Source: a virus
Reading direction: 5' to 3' (one strand)
DNA: 64,000 bases
Virus record (IMG/VR): IMGVR_UViG_3300045971_000354
Span: 79,464 to 143,463 of that record
Under the pieces are notes generated by a model that saw only the letters and a list, made by a program, of their open reading frames with translations, was not told where the DNA came from and searched no databases. This document shows positions 1-10,149 of this stretch, in pieces. The stretch's first letter is position 1. Each line of letters starts with the position of its first letter. The position numbers were made by a program, and so were the translations under genes.

Positions 1-512
1 CTGGCCCATCGTTTGCACAGTATTCTAACTATGCTGCTACTAAGGGATATGTTGACGGTGCTATTTCGAATGTTCTTGGAACACAAAAAGGTCAATTCTC
101 CACAACAATTGATGTGACAGGTCATGCACAGTCTCTTGCAGATCCGGAGTTAGATATTTACGTTCAGGCAATGCTTAACATGCTATACCCGTCATCGTCA
201 TCTGATCCTAGTGGAAATTATGGTATTTACGATGGCGCACGGGCACGAGTAATTGTAACTAGATATACATCTTACGGAGTTCCTTCAGTAGCTAGTGATT
301 TTATTAATTTCGGCAATCCTGTGGTCCTAAACAACACTAGTACCGAAGTTATTGCGTATTCTCAATTTATTCGAGCAGTAACTACTCTTCCTGTTACTCC
401 GATCGGAATTAACAGAGGTATCAAACAATATATACTATCAAGCGGTATTTGGATTGCGTATATTGTAACTGGTACAGGCAGTAATATTATCTACACCGAC
501 GGAACCTGGTAA
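1..512 (+). CDS. 3' part of a virion structural (fibre/baseplate) protein, truncated by window start
   Basis: Frame is open from position 3, upstream of the GTG at 114. It contains YAATKGYVD, a motif also present in the 2.8-kaa fibre protein, and precedes two fibre genes. Confidence 0.65.
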   Translation, partial: GPSFAQYSNYAATKGYVDGAISNVLGTQKGQFSTTIDVTGHAQSLADPELDIYVQAMLNMLYPSSSSDPSGNYGIYDGARARVIVTRYTSYGVPSVASDFINFGNPVVLNNTSTEVIAYSQFIRAVTTLPVTPIGINRGIKQYILSSGIWIAYIVTGTGSNIIYTDGTW

Positions 513-521
513 GGAAAAATA

Positions 522-2597
522 ATGGCATATACTTTAAACAAATCTAATGGCGGCACTTTAGTAGTAGTTGATGACGGTACAGTTTCTAGTGGTTTCAGCA
601 TTACATTTGTTGGGAAGAATGCTAGTAATTATGGCAGAATACAAAATGAAAATTTAGTTTATCTGTTAGAAAATTTTGCTAAGCCTGTACAACCATTAAA
701 CCCTATCCAGGGGCAAATTTGGTTTAATTCTAATCCAGTTGTAAATAGACCTGCTATATTTGACGGCACAAACTGGAGACCTCTTGCGGTTCTTCAGTAT
801 AGTAACGCTCCTACTGATACGTTAATTAATGCAGGGTCTAACCCGATAATTGATTTTGCAGCATCGACTCCTGGTGATTTGTGGATTAACAAAACCACAA
901 ATCAATTGAGTATTATTACTAATACCGGTCCTTTGTTAGTTGGCCCGGAGTCGGTTTTTGGGTTTAGCACCACTAAGATGTCATCTACTACAATGGCAGA
1001 TGTAACAAATAGAAATCTGCCAGTAATTAATTTAACAATTGATGGCGAAGTTCTCGGAGTAATTTCAAGCACACCGTTTGCGTCTAATGTTTCCGGATTC
1101 CCTAACGTAGTTAGAGGATTAACATTTAAAGATAATACACTATCATTAACAGTGCCGTCGATTACTAGTACTTCTATTAACAGTACAATTTTAAATGTCT
1201 CAACATTAACCGCTGTTCAAATTACTGCATCAATAACTTCAAGTACTAACGTTTTTAGTAATGTTGTCGATGCAAGCACTGTTAATGCAAGCACTGTTAA
1301 TGCAAGTACCGCAATAATTACTCCCCAACTAACAGCGGCATCCGCGTTACCTGCATCACTTAACGGAGTTTGGAATCTAACTACAGGATCTACAATTTTA
1401 CCGAGTATTAATTTAGGTAACAATTTAGGATCTGTTTCTAATCGATTCGGCACTATATTTTCAGGTGTTGGTGATTTTAACGCAGTATACGATAACGGAT
1501 TTAGAGTCGTTACTGAAGGCACTATTGCAGGAAAGGGAGTTACTTCCTTATCCGGAACAGCAAATCAAATTACAGTAAGCACCAGTACTGGGGTTGTTCA
1601 ACTTAGTTTACCTGGAGCAGTTTCTCTTAACACATTAAGTGTGTTACAACTATTTGTCAACGGATCACCTGTTGTGACTGAAGGCACTATTGCAGGAAAG
1701 GGAGTTACTTCCTTATCCGGTACAGCAAATCAAATCACAGTTAGTGCTAGTACTGGAGTTGTTCAACTTAGTTTACCGAATACTATTAACGCCGGAGTGA
1801 TTTCTGGGTCTCAGCTGTTCGATAACGGTTCAAGAGTAGTGACTCAAGCAACAATTGGACAACTTGGAGTATCATCGTTAACTGGTACAGCAAATCAAAT
1901 TACAGTAAGCACTAGTACCGGAGGTGTTCAACTTAGCTTACCTGGTACTATTAATGCTGGGCTAATTTTTGCTAACGGATTATACGATTCTGGCGCTAGA
2001 GTAATTAGTACAGCTAATATTGGTACTTATGGAGCAGCATCTATTTCCGGCACCGCAGGACGCCTAGCTGTTTCAAATGTTAATGGGGCATATACTCTTA
2101 CGTTGCCGGACAGCGTTTCGATTCCGACTATTTCTGTTTCCACATTACTAGCTCAAGGAACACAAAGCACTATATCCGGAAAATGGGTATTAGGTGCAAG
2201 TTCTTCACTACAAGCAACATATGCTGACTTAGCAGAAAACTACGAGTCAGATAAGCATTATATACCGGGTACTGTATTAGTATTTGCAGGTGATAAAGAA
2301 GTTACCGCATGTACTATTAAAACTGATAGGCGTGTCGCAGGGGTTGTTAGCTCTAATCCTGCATATTTAATGAATGTCGATTGTCCCGGTATTGCAGTAG
2401 CAGTTGCGTTACAAGGGAGAGTTCCTGTTAATGTTATTGGTAAGATTGTTAAGGGCGATTTGCTTGTTACATCTGATCTTAAAGGATTTGCAGAATCAAA
2501 TAATTCTCCTTGTATGGGAGCAGTTATTGGAAAAGCGTTATCTGACAAGGATTTTATCGGACCAGGAGTCGTGGAAGTTGCCATTGGAAGATTGTAA
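522..2597 (+). CDS. Tail fibre/baseplate-associated protein with C-terminal intramolecular-chaperone autocleavage (peptidase G2-like) domain
   Basis: SD AAGGA; N-terminus MAYTLNK...GKN...NENLV.LLENFA; Gly/Ser/Thr-rich 55-aa repeats; C-terminal YADLAENY...VAGVVS.NPA...GRVPV...IGKAL. Confidence 0.75.
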   Translation: MAYTLNKSNGGTLVVVDDGTVSSGFSITFVGKNASNYGRIQNENLVYLLENFAKPVQPLNPIQGQIWFNSNPVVNRPAIFDGTNWRPLAVLQYSNAPTDTLINAGSNPIIDFAASTPGDLWINKTTNQLSIITNTGPLLVGPESVFGFSTTKMSSTTMADVTNRNLPVINLTIDGEVLGVISSTPFASNVSGFPNVVRGLTFKDNTLSLTVPSITSTSINSTILNVSTLTAVQITASITSSTNVFSNVVDASTVNASTVNASTAIITPQLTAASALPASLNGVWNLTTGSTILPSINLGNNLGSVSNRFGTIFSGVGDFNAVYDNGFRVVTEGTIAGKGVTSLSGTANQITVSTSTGVVQLSLPGAVSLNTLSVLQLFVNGSPVVTEGTIAGKGVTSLSGTANQITVSASTGVVQLSLPNTINAGVISGSQLFDNGSRVVTQATIGQLGVSSLTGTANQITVSTSTGGVQLSLPGTINAGLIFANGLYDSGARVISTANIGTYGAASISGTAGRLAVSNVNGAYTLTLPDSVSIPTISVSTLLAQGTQSTISGKWVLGASSSLQATYADLAENYESDKHYIPGTVLVFAGDKEVTACTIKTDRRVAGVVSSNPAYLMNVDCPGIAVAVALQGRVPVNVIGKIVKGDLLVTSDLKGFAESNNSPCMGAVIGKALSDKDFIGPGVVEVAIGRL
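1512..1950 (+). repeat. 165-bp period direct repeats (about 3 copies) encoding 55-aa fibre modules
   Basis: actgaaggcactattgcaggaaagggagttacttccttatccgg at 1512 and 1677; diverged third copy from 1842. Confidence 0.85.
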
Positions 2598-2607
2598 GAT
2601 CTACCGA

Positions 2608-2613
2608 TAAATA
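2608..2613 (+). promoter_or_regulatory. T4-like late promoter core TAAATA
   Basis: gaTAAATA in the 34-bp gap before a structural gene; the same hexamer precedes many other genes in the window. Confidence 0.6.
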
Positions 2614-2631
2614 CACAAACTTGAAAATAAT

Positions 2632-4887
2632 ATGCCATATACAATAAACAAAACTAACGGATTAAAAATTATAGTTGTTCAGGATGGCACTATTAATACT
2701 AGTGCGCTTGATATTACTTTAGTGGGCAAAAACTACATAGGGTATGGCGAAGCTTTTAATGAAAATTTTGTAAAATTATTAGAAAATTTTGCAAATTCTA
2801 CTCGGCCTGCTAAGCCGCTTGCAGGACAACTTTGGTATGACACCACAGTTAATAAACTTAACGTGTATACTGGTGTTGGAACAGTTCCTTGGAAACCGAT
2901 TGGTATTGTCAATAACGGAACTACTCAGCCAGTTTCTGCAACTTCAAATATTGGTGATTTATGGTGGGATGCAATTAACAAGAAGTTATTTGCATACAAC
3001 GGGACAGAATGGACTATCATCGGCCCTTCAGTAGTTAAGGGCAGTAATAGTGGCGCATTTGCAGGTACTATTTTAAGTCAAAATGGCCCACCGGCAAAGT
3101 CGGTATTATTTCAATCAATTAATGGCACTCCGACGTTTGTATCTAGTACTGATCCGTTATACGCTTCTGACCTTTCTGATGCATCGGCTTCGTTATTCCC
3201 AAGAGTTTTTACGGGAATTACTTTTCCAAATACGGATATTAAAGGTATAAGTGTAACTGATATTTCAGTTCAAAATCAACCTAAAGGTCATATTCTTTGG
3301 GGTACTGCTGCATCATCGTTAGGATTGATAGTTGCATCTACGGCAACCAGTGGCTTTTCGTATGTTGATGCCAACAACTTCTTACTTAGAAATGAATTAG
3401 CTAGTTTCGGCAATCAGTTAAGTCTTAAAGATAATAATGGTGTTGTAATAGGTAATCCTTATGTAATGCAGGTTCATGTTGCTCCTACTAATGTTGGTAA
3501 CGTGAGTGTGTTTGCAGGGTCTAGATTAAATCTTAATGTTAACACTAGCTATGGAACTTATACTACTGTTGTATCAGCAGATGGTGCAAATAACAAGCTT
3601 AGTCTATTGCCGAACGCTACTATCCCTACAAATATCGGTAGTACACTTACCTCGTTTGATACAGGGTACTTCGGTACTGTAATTGCAAATACACTTACTG
3701 TTAAAACTTTTCTATACGAACAGCAAGAATTAGATGCAGTATATATTTCTGCAACAAAAATAAATGTTGCAACTACCGTAACAGCGGCAGTGTTTTCCGG
3801 ATCTGGAGCAAAGCTAACCAATATACCAAACTCTGCGTTTATTGCAAGTACCTCAACTATTACTGCTGGGATTGGATTGAGTGGCGGCGGAACAGTAACA
3901 TTGGGCGGCACTATTACACTTACTAATGCAGGTGTTCTAAGTATGACAGCGGGAACTGACACATCTGTGTCCGGACTTACTGGCGATATTAAAGTGTGGA
4001 ATAACAGTACACTTCAATCTGTTACTAACCGAGGTGCAACTTCTAACAGTGTTATACAATTTACAAACTCTACAAACGCATCTAGCACTGCGACTGGATC
4101 ATTACAAGTAGCAGGCGGCGCAGGAGTTGGAAAGGACTTATATGTAGGCGGCAACATCTACATGGCTGGAAATAAAGTTGTTAATGTATCATCTGTATTA
4201 GCGGGAATTGGAATTGGTGTTACTCCTTCTCAAAGTTCTGGCACTGTTGCAATTTCTAATTCCGGAATTTTAAGCATTAACGGAACACTTGATCAAATTA
4301 ATGTTTCGGTTGGAACTCAATCTCCAGTCCTTAGTTTACCACAAAGTATCTCTCCTTTGTCGTTTGTTACTTTTGCCGGGGTAACTGTTAATGGCCTGTT
4401 AGTTACGACAAACAGTGTTACCACTCCTAGCCTAACAACCGGAGCAACTGCCACTGCTGGAAATATTATCGGCCAATGGACATTAGGATCCGGCAGCACC
4501 CTACAATCAACCTATGCTGACTTAGCAGAAAAGTATGCTGCTGATCGAGTTTATACAGAAGGTATGGTGTTGGTAATAGGCGGTTCTAACGAGGTTACTA
4601 CTACTTCAATACGTGCCAATGTAGCAGTCGCGGGCATTGTGTCTATAAACCCTGCATTTAAGCTGAATTGTGCGGCAGGATCAGACGATTCTCACCCCTA
4701 TATTGCACTAAAAGGCCGGGTTCCGTGCAAGGTTATTGGTCCAGTATACAAAGGCAATCTACTTGTAACTAGCAGTAAACCCGAGTATGCAGAAGCATTT
4801 AAGGACGGTGACAGCCCGAATGCAGTGTTAGGGATTGCACTTGCAGATATGTTAGATAATTTTGGTGTAGTTGACGTAAAAGTTTAA
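2632..4887 (+). CDS. Tail fibre/baseplate-associated protein, paralog of 522..2597
   Basis: Same N-terminal MPYTINKT...LVGKNY.GYG...NENFVKLLENFA and C-terminal YADLAEKY...LKGRVP domain. Confidence 0.75.
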   Translation: MPYTINKTNGLKIIVVQDGTINTSALDITLVGKNYIGYGEAFNENFVKLLENFANSTRPAKPLAGQLWYDTTVNKLNVYTGVGTVPWKPIGIVNNGTTQPVSATSNIGDLWWDAINKKLFAYNGTEWTIIGPSVVKGSNSGAFAGTILSQNGPPAKSVLFQSINGTPTFVSSTDPLYASDLSDASASLFPRVFTGITFPNTDIKGISVTDISVQNQPKGHILWGTAASSLGLIVASTATSGFSYVDANNFLLRNELASFGNQLSLKDNNGVVIGNPYVMQVHVAPTNVGNVSVFAGSRLNLNVNTSYGTYTTVVSADGANNKLSLLPNATIPTNIGSTLTSFDTGYFGTVIANTLTVKTFLYEQQELDAVYISATKINVATTVTAAVFSGSGAKLTNIPNSAFIASTSTITAGIGLSGGGTVTLGGTITLTNAGVLSMTAGTDTSVSGLTGDIKVWNNSTLQSVTNRGATSNSVIQFTNSTNASSTATGSLQVAGGAGVGKDLYVGGNIYMAGNKVVNVSSVLAGIGIGVTPSQSSGTVAISNSGILSINGTLDQINVSVGTQSPVLSLPQSISPLSFVTFAGVTVNGLLVTTNSVTTPSLTTGATATAGNIIGQWTLGSGSTLQSTYADLAEKYAADRVYTEGMVLVIGGSNEVTTTSIRANVAVAGIVSINPAFKLNCAAGSDDSHPYIALKGRVPCKVIGPVYKGNLLVTSSKPEYAEAFKDGDSPNAVLGIALADMLDNFGVVDVKV

Positions 4888-4890
4888 CCG

Positions 4891-4918
4891 TGAAAAAGCG
4901 CCCAAAGGCGCTTTTTCA
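4891..4918. terminator. Bidirectional intrinsic terminator
   Basis: tgaaaaagcgcc-caaa-ggcgctttttca, a 12-bp inverted repeat between convergent genes. Confidence 0.9.
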
Positions 4919-4934
4919 ATTCTAGCTAAACAAT

Positions 4935-5543
4935 TTACGCACTTTCTGTAACAGAAACTTTCTTACCCTTGCTTTTGGGAGGATCAATCTCATCTGCCTC
5001 CTTACGCAACTTTGCAGCTTCTTTGTAAAGAGCATCGGCTTTTGATCGCAGATCGGCTGGACTTTGTACAGGATCTACAACTACCTCGGCTGGGACTTCG
5101 TCTACAATAACTTCTGCAGATTTTTTCGCATCGTCGTTAATAGTGGGAATTGTTGAGTTTGATCCGTCTTTAATCGACAAGTCATCTAACTTTACGCCTT
5201 TCTGTTCTGCGATAATGATATTCAACTCGTCTAATGGAATCGAAGTTTTATTATCTGGAGTAACTAGTACACCAGTAGTAGGAACCTTTTTAAGCAACCC
5301 GTTGGTATGAACATATTGCAACATGTTTGAACCGTCTGGGAATCTACGGACTGATAATACATCCGCAAGTTCATTTGCTTGCTGACCGGATTCAGATTCG
5401 ACTAAGCTCATAAGAGCATCGTGATAAGAATCCATCAGTGCTTGGGTACCAATTACTAGTGCAGACTTTGAATCCCCGGGGATAGTGCGGTACGCAATAA
5501 CGATCTTCGCCCCGTTGTTTTTCATTTTACCAACATGTTTCAT
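4935..5543 (-). CDS. Hypothetical phage protein
   Basis: 202-aa ORF with SD AAGGAG, co-oriented in operon. Confidence 0.8.
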   Translation of the reverse strand: MKHVGKMKNNGAKIVIAYRTIPGDSKSALVIGTQALMDSYHDALMSLVESESGQQANELADVLSVRRFPDGSNMLQYVHTNGLLKKVPTTGVLVTPDNKTSIPLDELNIIIAEQKGVKLDDLSIKDGSNSTIPTINDDAKKSAEVIVDEVPAEVVVDPVQSPADLRSKADALYKEAAKLRKEADEIDPPKSKGKKVSVTESA

Positions 5544-5554
5544 ATGTTATCTCC

Positions 5555-5833
5555 TTAGGCTGCTGGTGCAGCTTCTGCTGGGGGAGCAACTACGTTTAAG
5601 AAGTCATTTAACTTATTAAAAGTTGCACCTACCGCAGCCATTTCAGTAGCACGGAATGCTCCGCGCTGACTTGCAACGTCAATAATAGCCCGTAGATTAC
5701 CGAGGTCCTGAATAGTCAGTTCCGGAGGTGTTGCTGCCGCTTGCTCCGGCGATGCTACTGGTGCTGCTACTGGTGCAGTTACTTGCTTTGGAGCCGATGC
5801 TACCGATGCTGCTTGTTGTTCTTTCTTTGCCAT
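5555..5833 (-). CDS. Hypothetical phage protein (Ala/Pro-rich ends)
   Basis: 92 aa, SD AGGAG. Confidence 0.8.
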   Translation of the reverse strand: MAKKEQQAASVASAPKQVTAPVAAPVASPEQAAATPPELTIQDLGNLRAIIDVASQRGAFRATEMAAVGATFNKLNDFLNVVAPPAEAAPAA

Positions 5834-5843
5834 TTAAGTTCTC

Positions 5844-6128
5844 CTATTTGTTCTTGTCCAAGTATGGACAGGCTAGACTTAACATAGTTAGTTCTTTTGA
5901 ATCTTCAATCCCAATTTCTTGGATCTCTTCCAACTTGTTAATAGCTGGATTTACTCTTAACGTTTTTGCGATAGCATACCTACTATCTAAGTTAAGGTAA
6001 ATCCACTGATCTATCTCTGTTATACGAAAGGTAACAATGCTCATTTTAGCAAAATGTATTGGTATGTAATTTAGCCGCCGTGCATCTAATGCATTTAACG
6101 GATTTACCTCACCTCTTACTAAAGACAT
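5844..6128 (-). CDS. Hypothetical phage protein
   Basis: 94 aa, tightly packed, SD-like AGGT. Confidence 0.7.
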   Translation of the reverse strand: MSLVRGEVNPLNALDARRLNYIPIHFAKMSIVTFRITEIDQWIYLNLDSRYAIAKTLRVNPAINKLEEIQEIGIEDSKELTMLSLACPYLDKNK

Positions 6129-6140
6129 TATGTACCTACT

Positions 6141-7403
6141 TTATTTATAATATGCAGTCTGGCCGAATGGCGCAGTTATGGATTCGGTTCCATGAATAAT
6201 AAACAGCGTTTCGCAGTAATCTTCATCTCCCCAACTTCCGCAAGGATATCCGTCCGTAAACATAATGAAACGCTTTGGATTAATATCGTTATTTTTCATA
6301 AACTCCCAGTTAGCTTCGAAACTAGTTCCTCCGCCGCCCTTCGGTTCGTAACTCAAAATATCATCGGCAGTATCACCGGTAAATTTTGCATATTGATATA
6401 CGCTTGTATCAAAACACCACAGATCTAATTTGAAGTCGGTATATTCGTCCATAATACCTTTAACTTCGGAGAGCATATCACGTGCCATTGCATTTGAAAT
6501 ACTTCCACTCATATCCAGGCATACTGATACATCAATTGTATCTTCATTCATCATTCCGGGCAGTATTGCTCCGCTCATTTGACTTTTACGGTTCGGACGA
6601 CTGAAGCTAAAGTTGCTTTTGACAATACTTTGGATGTTCATGCGTAGCATCTCACGCCAATCCATTTTTGGCTCAGTAAAGTCTTTAATCATACGTGCAA
6701 CACCTGCCGGTAGATTGCCAGCACCTGCAGATTGCGCAGCACTAACCATCGCCTCTTTGATTTCGTCACGAATTTGTTTGCGTTCTTCAGCAGTTAGTTT
6801 CGGACGTCCTTTACCTTTTCCAGCACCTTCACCGTCTTGGTCACTGTCGCCTTCACTGTCGTCGCCATCTTCCATATGCTCGTCAAGCAGTTCGCCCAAC
6901 TTACTCATATCAATCTTATCGGCCTTTTCATACAGGTCGTCGTAAATTTGTTCATACGACCAGTCGCGATATTTTGGATCGTAATAGACTTTCATAAAGT
7001 CTGGAAATTCTCCGATCTTTTCGTCCTTACAAATTTGATTAACGGCAAAGTCGGCAGCAATATTAGAAAGTACTGGATCGCGGCTCTCACGACGTCCCAT
7101 ATGATCGAATACGTTATGTAGAACTTCGTGCCCGAAGCCGAACTCTGCAACTTTTGGGCTCATTTTATCAACAAAGCCAACATTGTAAAAGAAGTTTCGC
7201 CCGTCAGTTGCAATAGTCGGGCACCAATCACTTGCATCCACAAGTGTTAACCGCGTTGCCATATTGCCAAAGAACGGATGACGAAGCAACAATCCAATTC
7301 GGGCAGTTACAAGCTTTTCAATAACTTTATTCTTTTCAGCTTGCGTAAATACTCGGTCTTTATCGACCTTGCCTACACGCTCTTGCTTCATTACTTTAGA
7401 CAT
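6141..7403 (-). CDS. Metallopeptidase-like (HExxH) plus VWA domain protein (DUF2201-type)
   Basis: TIATDG...HEVLH; acidic linker; MIDAS DMSGS, GGGGTSF, FTDGY; adjacent to a MoxR ATPase. Confidence 0.85.
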   Translation of the reverse strand: MSKVMKQERVGKVDKDRVFTQAEKNKVIEKLVTARIGLLLRHPFFGNMATRLTLVDASDWCPTIATDGRNFFYNVGFVDKMSPKVAEFGFGHEVLHNVFDHMGRRESRDPVLSNIAADFAVNQICKDEKIGEFPDFMKVYYDPKYRDWSYEQIYDDLYEKADKIDMSKLGELLDEHMEDGDDSEGDSDQDGEGAGKGKGRPKLTAEERKQIRDEIKEAMVSAAQSAGAGNLPAGVARMIKDFTEPKMDWREMLRMNIQSIVKSNFSFSRPNRKSQMSGAILPGMMNEDTIDVSVCLDMSGSISNAMARDMLSEVKGIMDEYTDFKLDLWCFDTSVYQYAKFTGDTADDILSYEPKGGGGTSFEANWEFMKNNDINPKRFIMFTDGYPCGSWGDEDYCETLFIIHGTESITAPFGQTAYYK

Positions 7404-7428
7404 TTATATTCCTTGTTGATGTATTACT

Positions 7429-7457
7429 ATTATACAGCATTATTTTGGTTTTGTCAA
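7429..7457 (-). promoter_or_regulatory. Consensus sigma70-type promoter
   Basis: TTGACA-17 nt-TATAAT upstream of the VWA gene. Confidence 0.85.
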
Positions 7458-7463
7458 GTAAAC

Positions 7464-7481
7464 AAGGGCCTTTCGGCCCTT
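7464..7481 (-). terminator. Intrinsic terminator after the AAA gene
   Basis: AAGGGCC-GAAA-GGCCCTT followed by GTTT. Confidence 0.7.
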
Positions 7482-7483
7482 TC

Positions 7484-8563
7484 TTATTCCATTGCTGCAA
7501 TAATGTACTTGCCGAACTTTTCGTGAAACTCATCAAAGCTTTTCAGCTTAGAAGCATCGAACGGTAGTCCGTATTGTGTAAGAGCAACTTTGGCTCCCAT
7601 AACAGTTAGTTCAGTTGGGAAGTTATCCATCATGAAACGGAAGAAGCAGTCTGCTTGATCGTTCCAGTCTTTTGCCTTCTTCTCATTTGCGGCTTGCAAC
7701 TCGTAGCACAGAGAAATAGTTAGCGAATACATTGCAGAGATCTCACGAACTTGCAGTTTCTTGACCATACCTTTTAGGATATCTTCCGGCTTCGGCATTT
7801 GGTTTGCAACCTTACGGTGTGCCATAAACTTAACGGCAAGACCGTCACCCACTGCGCCTGCGATCAAATCAGTTAGTGTACCTTCGCTTAGGTCTTCGTC
7901 TGTTAGCAAATCAGATACAAATGACCAGCTTCGTGGTGTTGCGAATGCACGGCTTGAAGAACGGGGATCAAAATCGTACAAATCTTGTTTTGCGAAGCCC
8001 AAGTAACCGACTACTTGTTCATGGCACTTGTTCAAAACAGCCCATTGTTCCCAATCGGCGTGATTAACCTTCAATTCCAGATGCAAGAAACGATTTGCAA
8101 GCGGTGCAGGCATACGATATGTAACACCCTTGTCCGATTCACGGTTACCGGCAGCAACAATGCTAACACCTTTTGGTAGTACATAAGTGCCAACTCGGCG
8201 GTTCAAAATAAGTTGATATGCAGCCGCTTGTGTAGCAGGTGCAGCAGAGTTAAGTTCGTCCAAGAAAAGCACTGCGGTACTATCTGGATCGGACGGAAGT
8301 TCGGTCGGAGAAGCCCACTCCATGCGGCGCGTATCTGGATTAAAGAATGGGATACCCTTAATATCAGTAGGTTCCCACAGGCTCAAACGCACATCGACGA
8401 CTTCGCGTCCTGTTTCGTCTGCGATTTGTTTAACAATATCGGACTTTCCAATACCAGGAGCACCCCACAAAAACACAGGACGTCCTACTTTAAAACAAGT
8501 ACGAATTGCGGCCTTAGCTTCGTTTGGAGTTTGTGTGCGGTTTGCACTAGTTTGTTCTGCCAT
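7484..8563 (-). CDS. MoxR-like AAA+ ATPase
   Basis: Walker A GAPGIGKS, Walker B LFLDE, AAGNR, PLANRF, TPRSW. Confidence 0.9.
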   Translation of the reverse strand: MAEQTSANRTQTPNEAKAAIRTCFKVGRPVFLWGAPGIGKSDIVKQIADETGREVVDVRLSLWEPTDIKGIPFFNPDTRRMEWASPTELPSDPDSTAVLFLDELNSAAPATQAAAYQLILNRRVGTYVLPKGVSIVAAGNRESDKGVTYRMPAPLANRFLHLELKVNHADWEQWAVLNKCHEQVVGYLGFAKQDLYDFDPRSSSRAFATPRSWSFVSDLLTDEDLSEGTLTDLIAGAVGDGLAVKFMAHRKVANQMPKPEDILKGMVKKLQVREISAMYSLTISLCYELQAANEKKAKDWNDQADCFFRFMMDNFPTELTVMGAKVALTQYGLPFDASKLKSFDEFHEKFGKYIIAAME

Positions 8564-8608
8564 TTACTTCTTCCTTAAAAGTTGATTAACTGCTTACACT
8601 ATGTATAT

Positions 8609-8637
8609 AGTATAACACAGCCTAACAAGAAAGTCAA
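8609..8637 (-). promoter_or_regulatory. sigma70-type promoter
   Basis: TTGACT-17 nt-TATACT. Confidence 0.8.
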
Positions 8638-9029
8638 GCAGCTTCAGCATCGTTTTTTAGCGACATTGCTTTAGCAACGCCAAATTTTTGAACATCTCCG
8701 CTAAACAATATCAATTGCACAGCAGTTTTTTCTTTAAACACAACAATGGATTTTTTATCAAGGAAATAAGGACCGTCAATGAACCGATCTAGCCAAATCA
8801 TTACTTGATTTGTGAGGGTAAATTCGTTCGGAAATGCTATATCGTAGCTCTTCATATCCATATCATCAGTAAAAACTTTGAACCCTGCATCGGTTAGTCG
8901 CATACCACCTACGGCCTTTTTTCGAGGATTTATCCAAAGCACTGCAAGATTTTTTTCAAGTGCTTTTGGATCAGTCGGCCACCCCAATTGCGTACTAACA
9001 AGTTGGGTGAGGTGATGCTTTATGTCCAT
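8634..9029 (-). CDS. Hypothetical phage protein
   Basis: 131 aa, TAATG coupling to upstream gene. Confidence 0.75.
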   Translation of the reverse strand: MDIKHHLTQLVSTQLGWPTDPKALEKNLAVLWINPRKKAVGGMRLTDAGFKVFTDDMDMKSYDIAFPNEFTLTNQVMIWLDRFIDGPYFLDKKSIVVFKEKTAVQLILFSGDVQKFGVAKAMSLKNDAEAA

Positions 9030-9313
9030 TATTTTAATACTTCGCCACTAGTTAGTTTATATACTTCAAAGTCATTACAGCCAAATAGCTTATTAAGTTT
9101 TTCTGCAAGATTTATTGCGTGGCCGCTATTTGAAAATGACACTTTTTTATACTTTGGACCTACCAGCTGACCTATTAGACTTGTGGTTTTTAAGTTAACG
9201 GGCTTACCTTGAAAAAACACAGCCCAAATGGCGTCAGCTTCCAAAACCTGTTCAGTTTTGTAAGTTTTTTTATTTGTAACTTCGAGTAATACTTTAGGTT
9301 TTGGTCGGCTCAC
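9029..9313 (-). CDS. Hypothetical phage protein
   Basis: 94 aa, GTG start overlapping the endonuclease stop (GTGA). Confidence 0.75.
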   Translation of the reverse strand: MSRPKPKVLLEVTNKKTYKTEQVLEADAIWAVFFQGKPVNLKTTSLIGQLVGPKYKKVSFSNSGHAINLAEKLNKLFGCNDFEVYKLTSGEVLK

Positions 9314-9870
9314 GAGATTCCCCTTTTTGAATACCTAGATTTTTGAGATTCTGATATTTTTCTTTTTGATTCTTCAGACATTTTTCGACCAATTGGCATT
9401 AGTTGCAATGCTCTCTTTTGTCGAATTTTTTCTATAGTTTCTTCAGAATGGGTTTTTCCAGACATTGGATTACTCTGGAGTTTTCTCGCTGCTTTAATTT
9501 TTTGTTTAGTTTCTTCAGAATGTTTGCGATTTTTTGAATTTTCGCTTAAGATATGTCTACCGTTTTCTGTAATTCCGGTATCACCTCCCATTAACCCGTC
9601 TTCTGGTTTTAGGTTTGCGTAATCTTTCGATTCTACAATATTATGCTCTTTTGAATATTGCAGTGCAAATTGTGTTAATTCATCTTTATCTGTAAACAGT
9701 TTAGACCAAATAGTGGCGATATCACGCCCGTGCTTTTTAAGGTGACGAGTCCAAACAATGCCAGATCCGAGATATTTTTCCGGATCTTGGATAGTCTTAC
9801 CGAAGTATTTTAGCCCAGTTATATTATGTTGTTTTAAATATAACCATGTAGGTTTAAAAGTTTTTTCCAT
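9310..9870 (-). mobile_element. Free-standing GIY-YIG-like homing endonuclease with NUMOD3 repeats
   Basis: WLY...LKYFGKT...YLGSG...NLKPE; repeated HSEETK/MSEESK motifs. Confidence 0.8.
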
Positions 9871-9924
9871 TCTGCGTATTCTCTTATATACGCAGTTATT
9901 TATCTTAATTTACCAGATGTGCAC

Positions 9925-10149
9925 TTAGAGTGTACCGCCATCAAACTTAATAGAGACATCACCGGTTTGTTGCACACTTAACGCAATTGCATCTAATTCA
10001 CCTGCTAAACGTGTCATTACTACTGCTAAACTTTCTTCTAGCATAATGATGTCGTTTATAGGCAAATTTAACGTTTTCTGACCGCTTTTTCGTGCAATTC
10101 GAGCCTTTTCCAAGAACATTTCGATGGGTATTGTATTAAGCGGTTGCAT
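9925..10149 (-). CDS. Hypothetical phage protein
   Basis: Likely start MQPLNT at 10149 with AAGGGA upstream. Confidence 0.7.
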   Translation of the reverse strand: MQPLNTIPIEMFLEKARIARKSGQKTLNLPINDIIMLEESLAVVMTRLAGELDAIALSVQQTGDVSIKFDGGTL

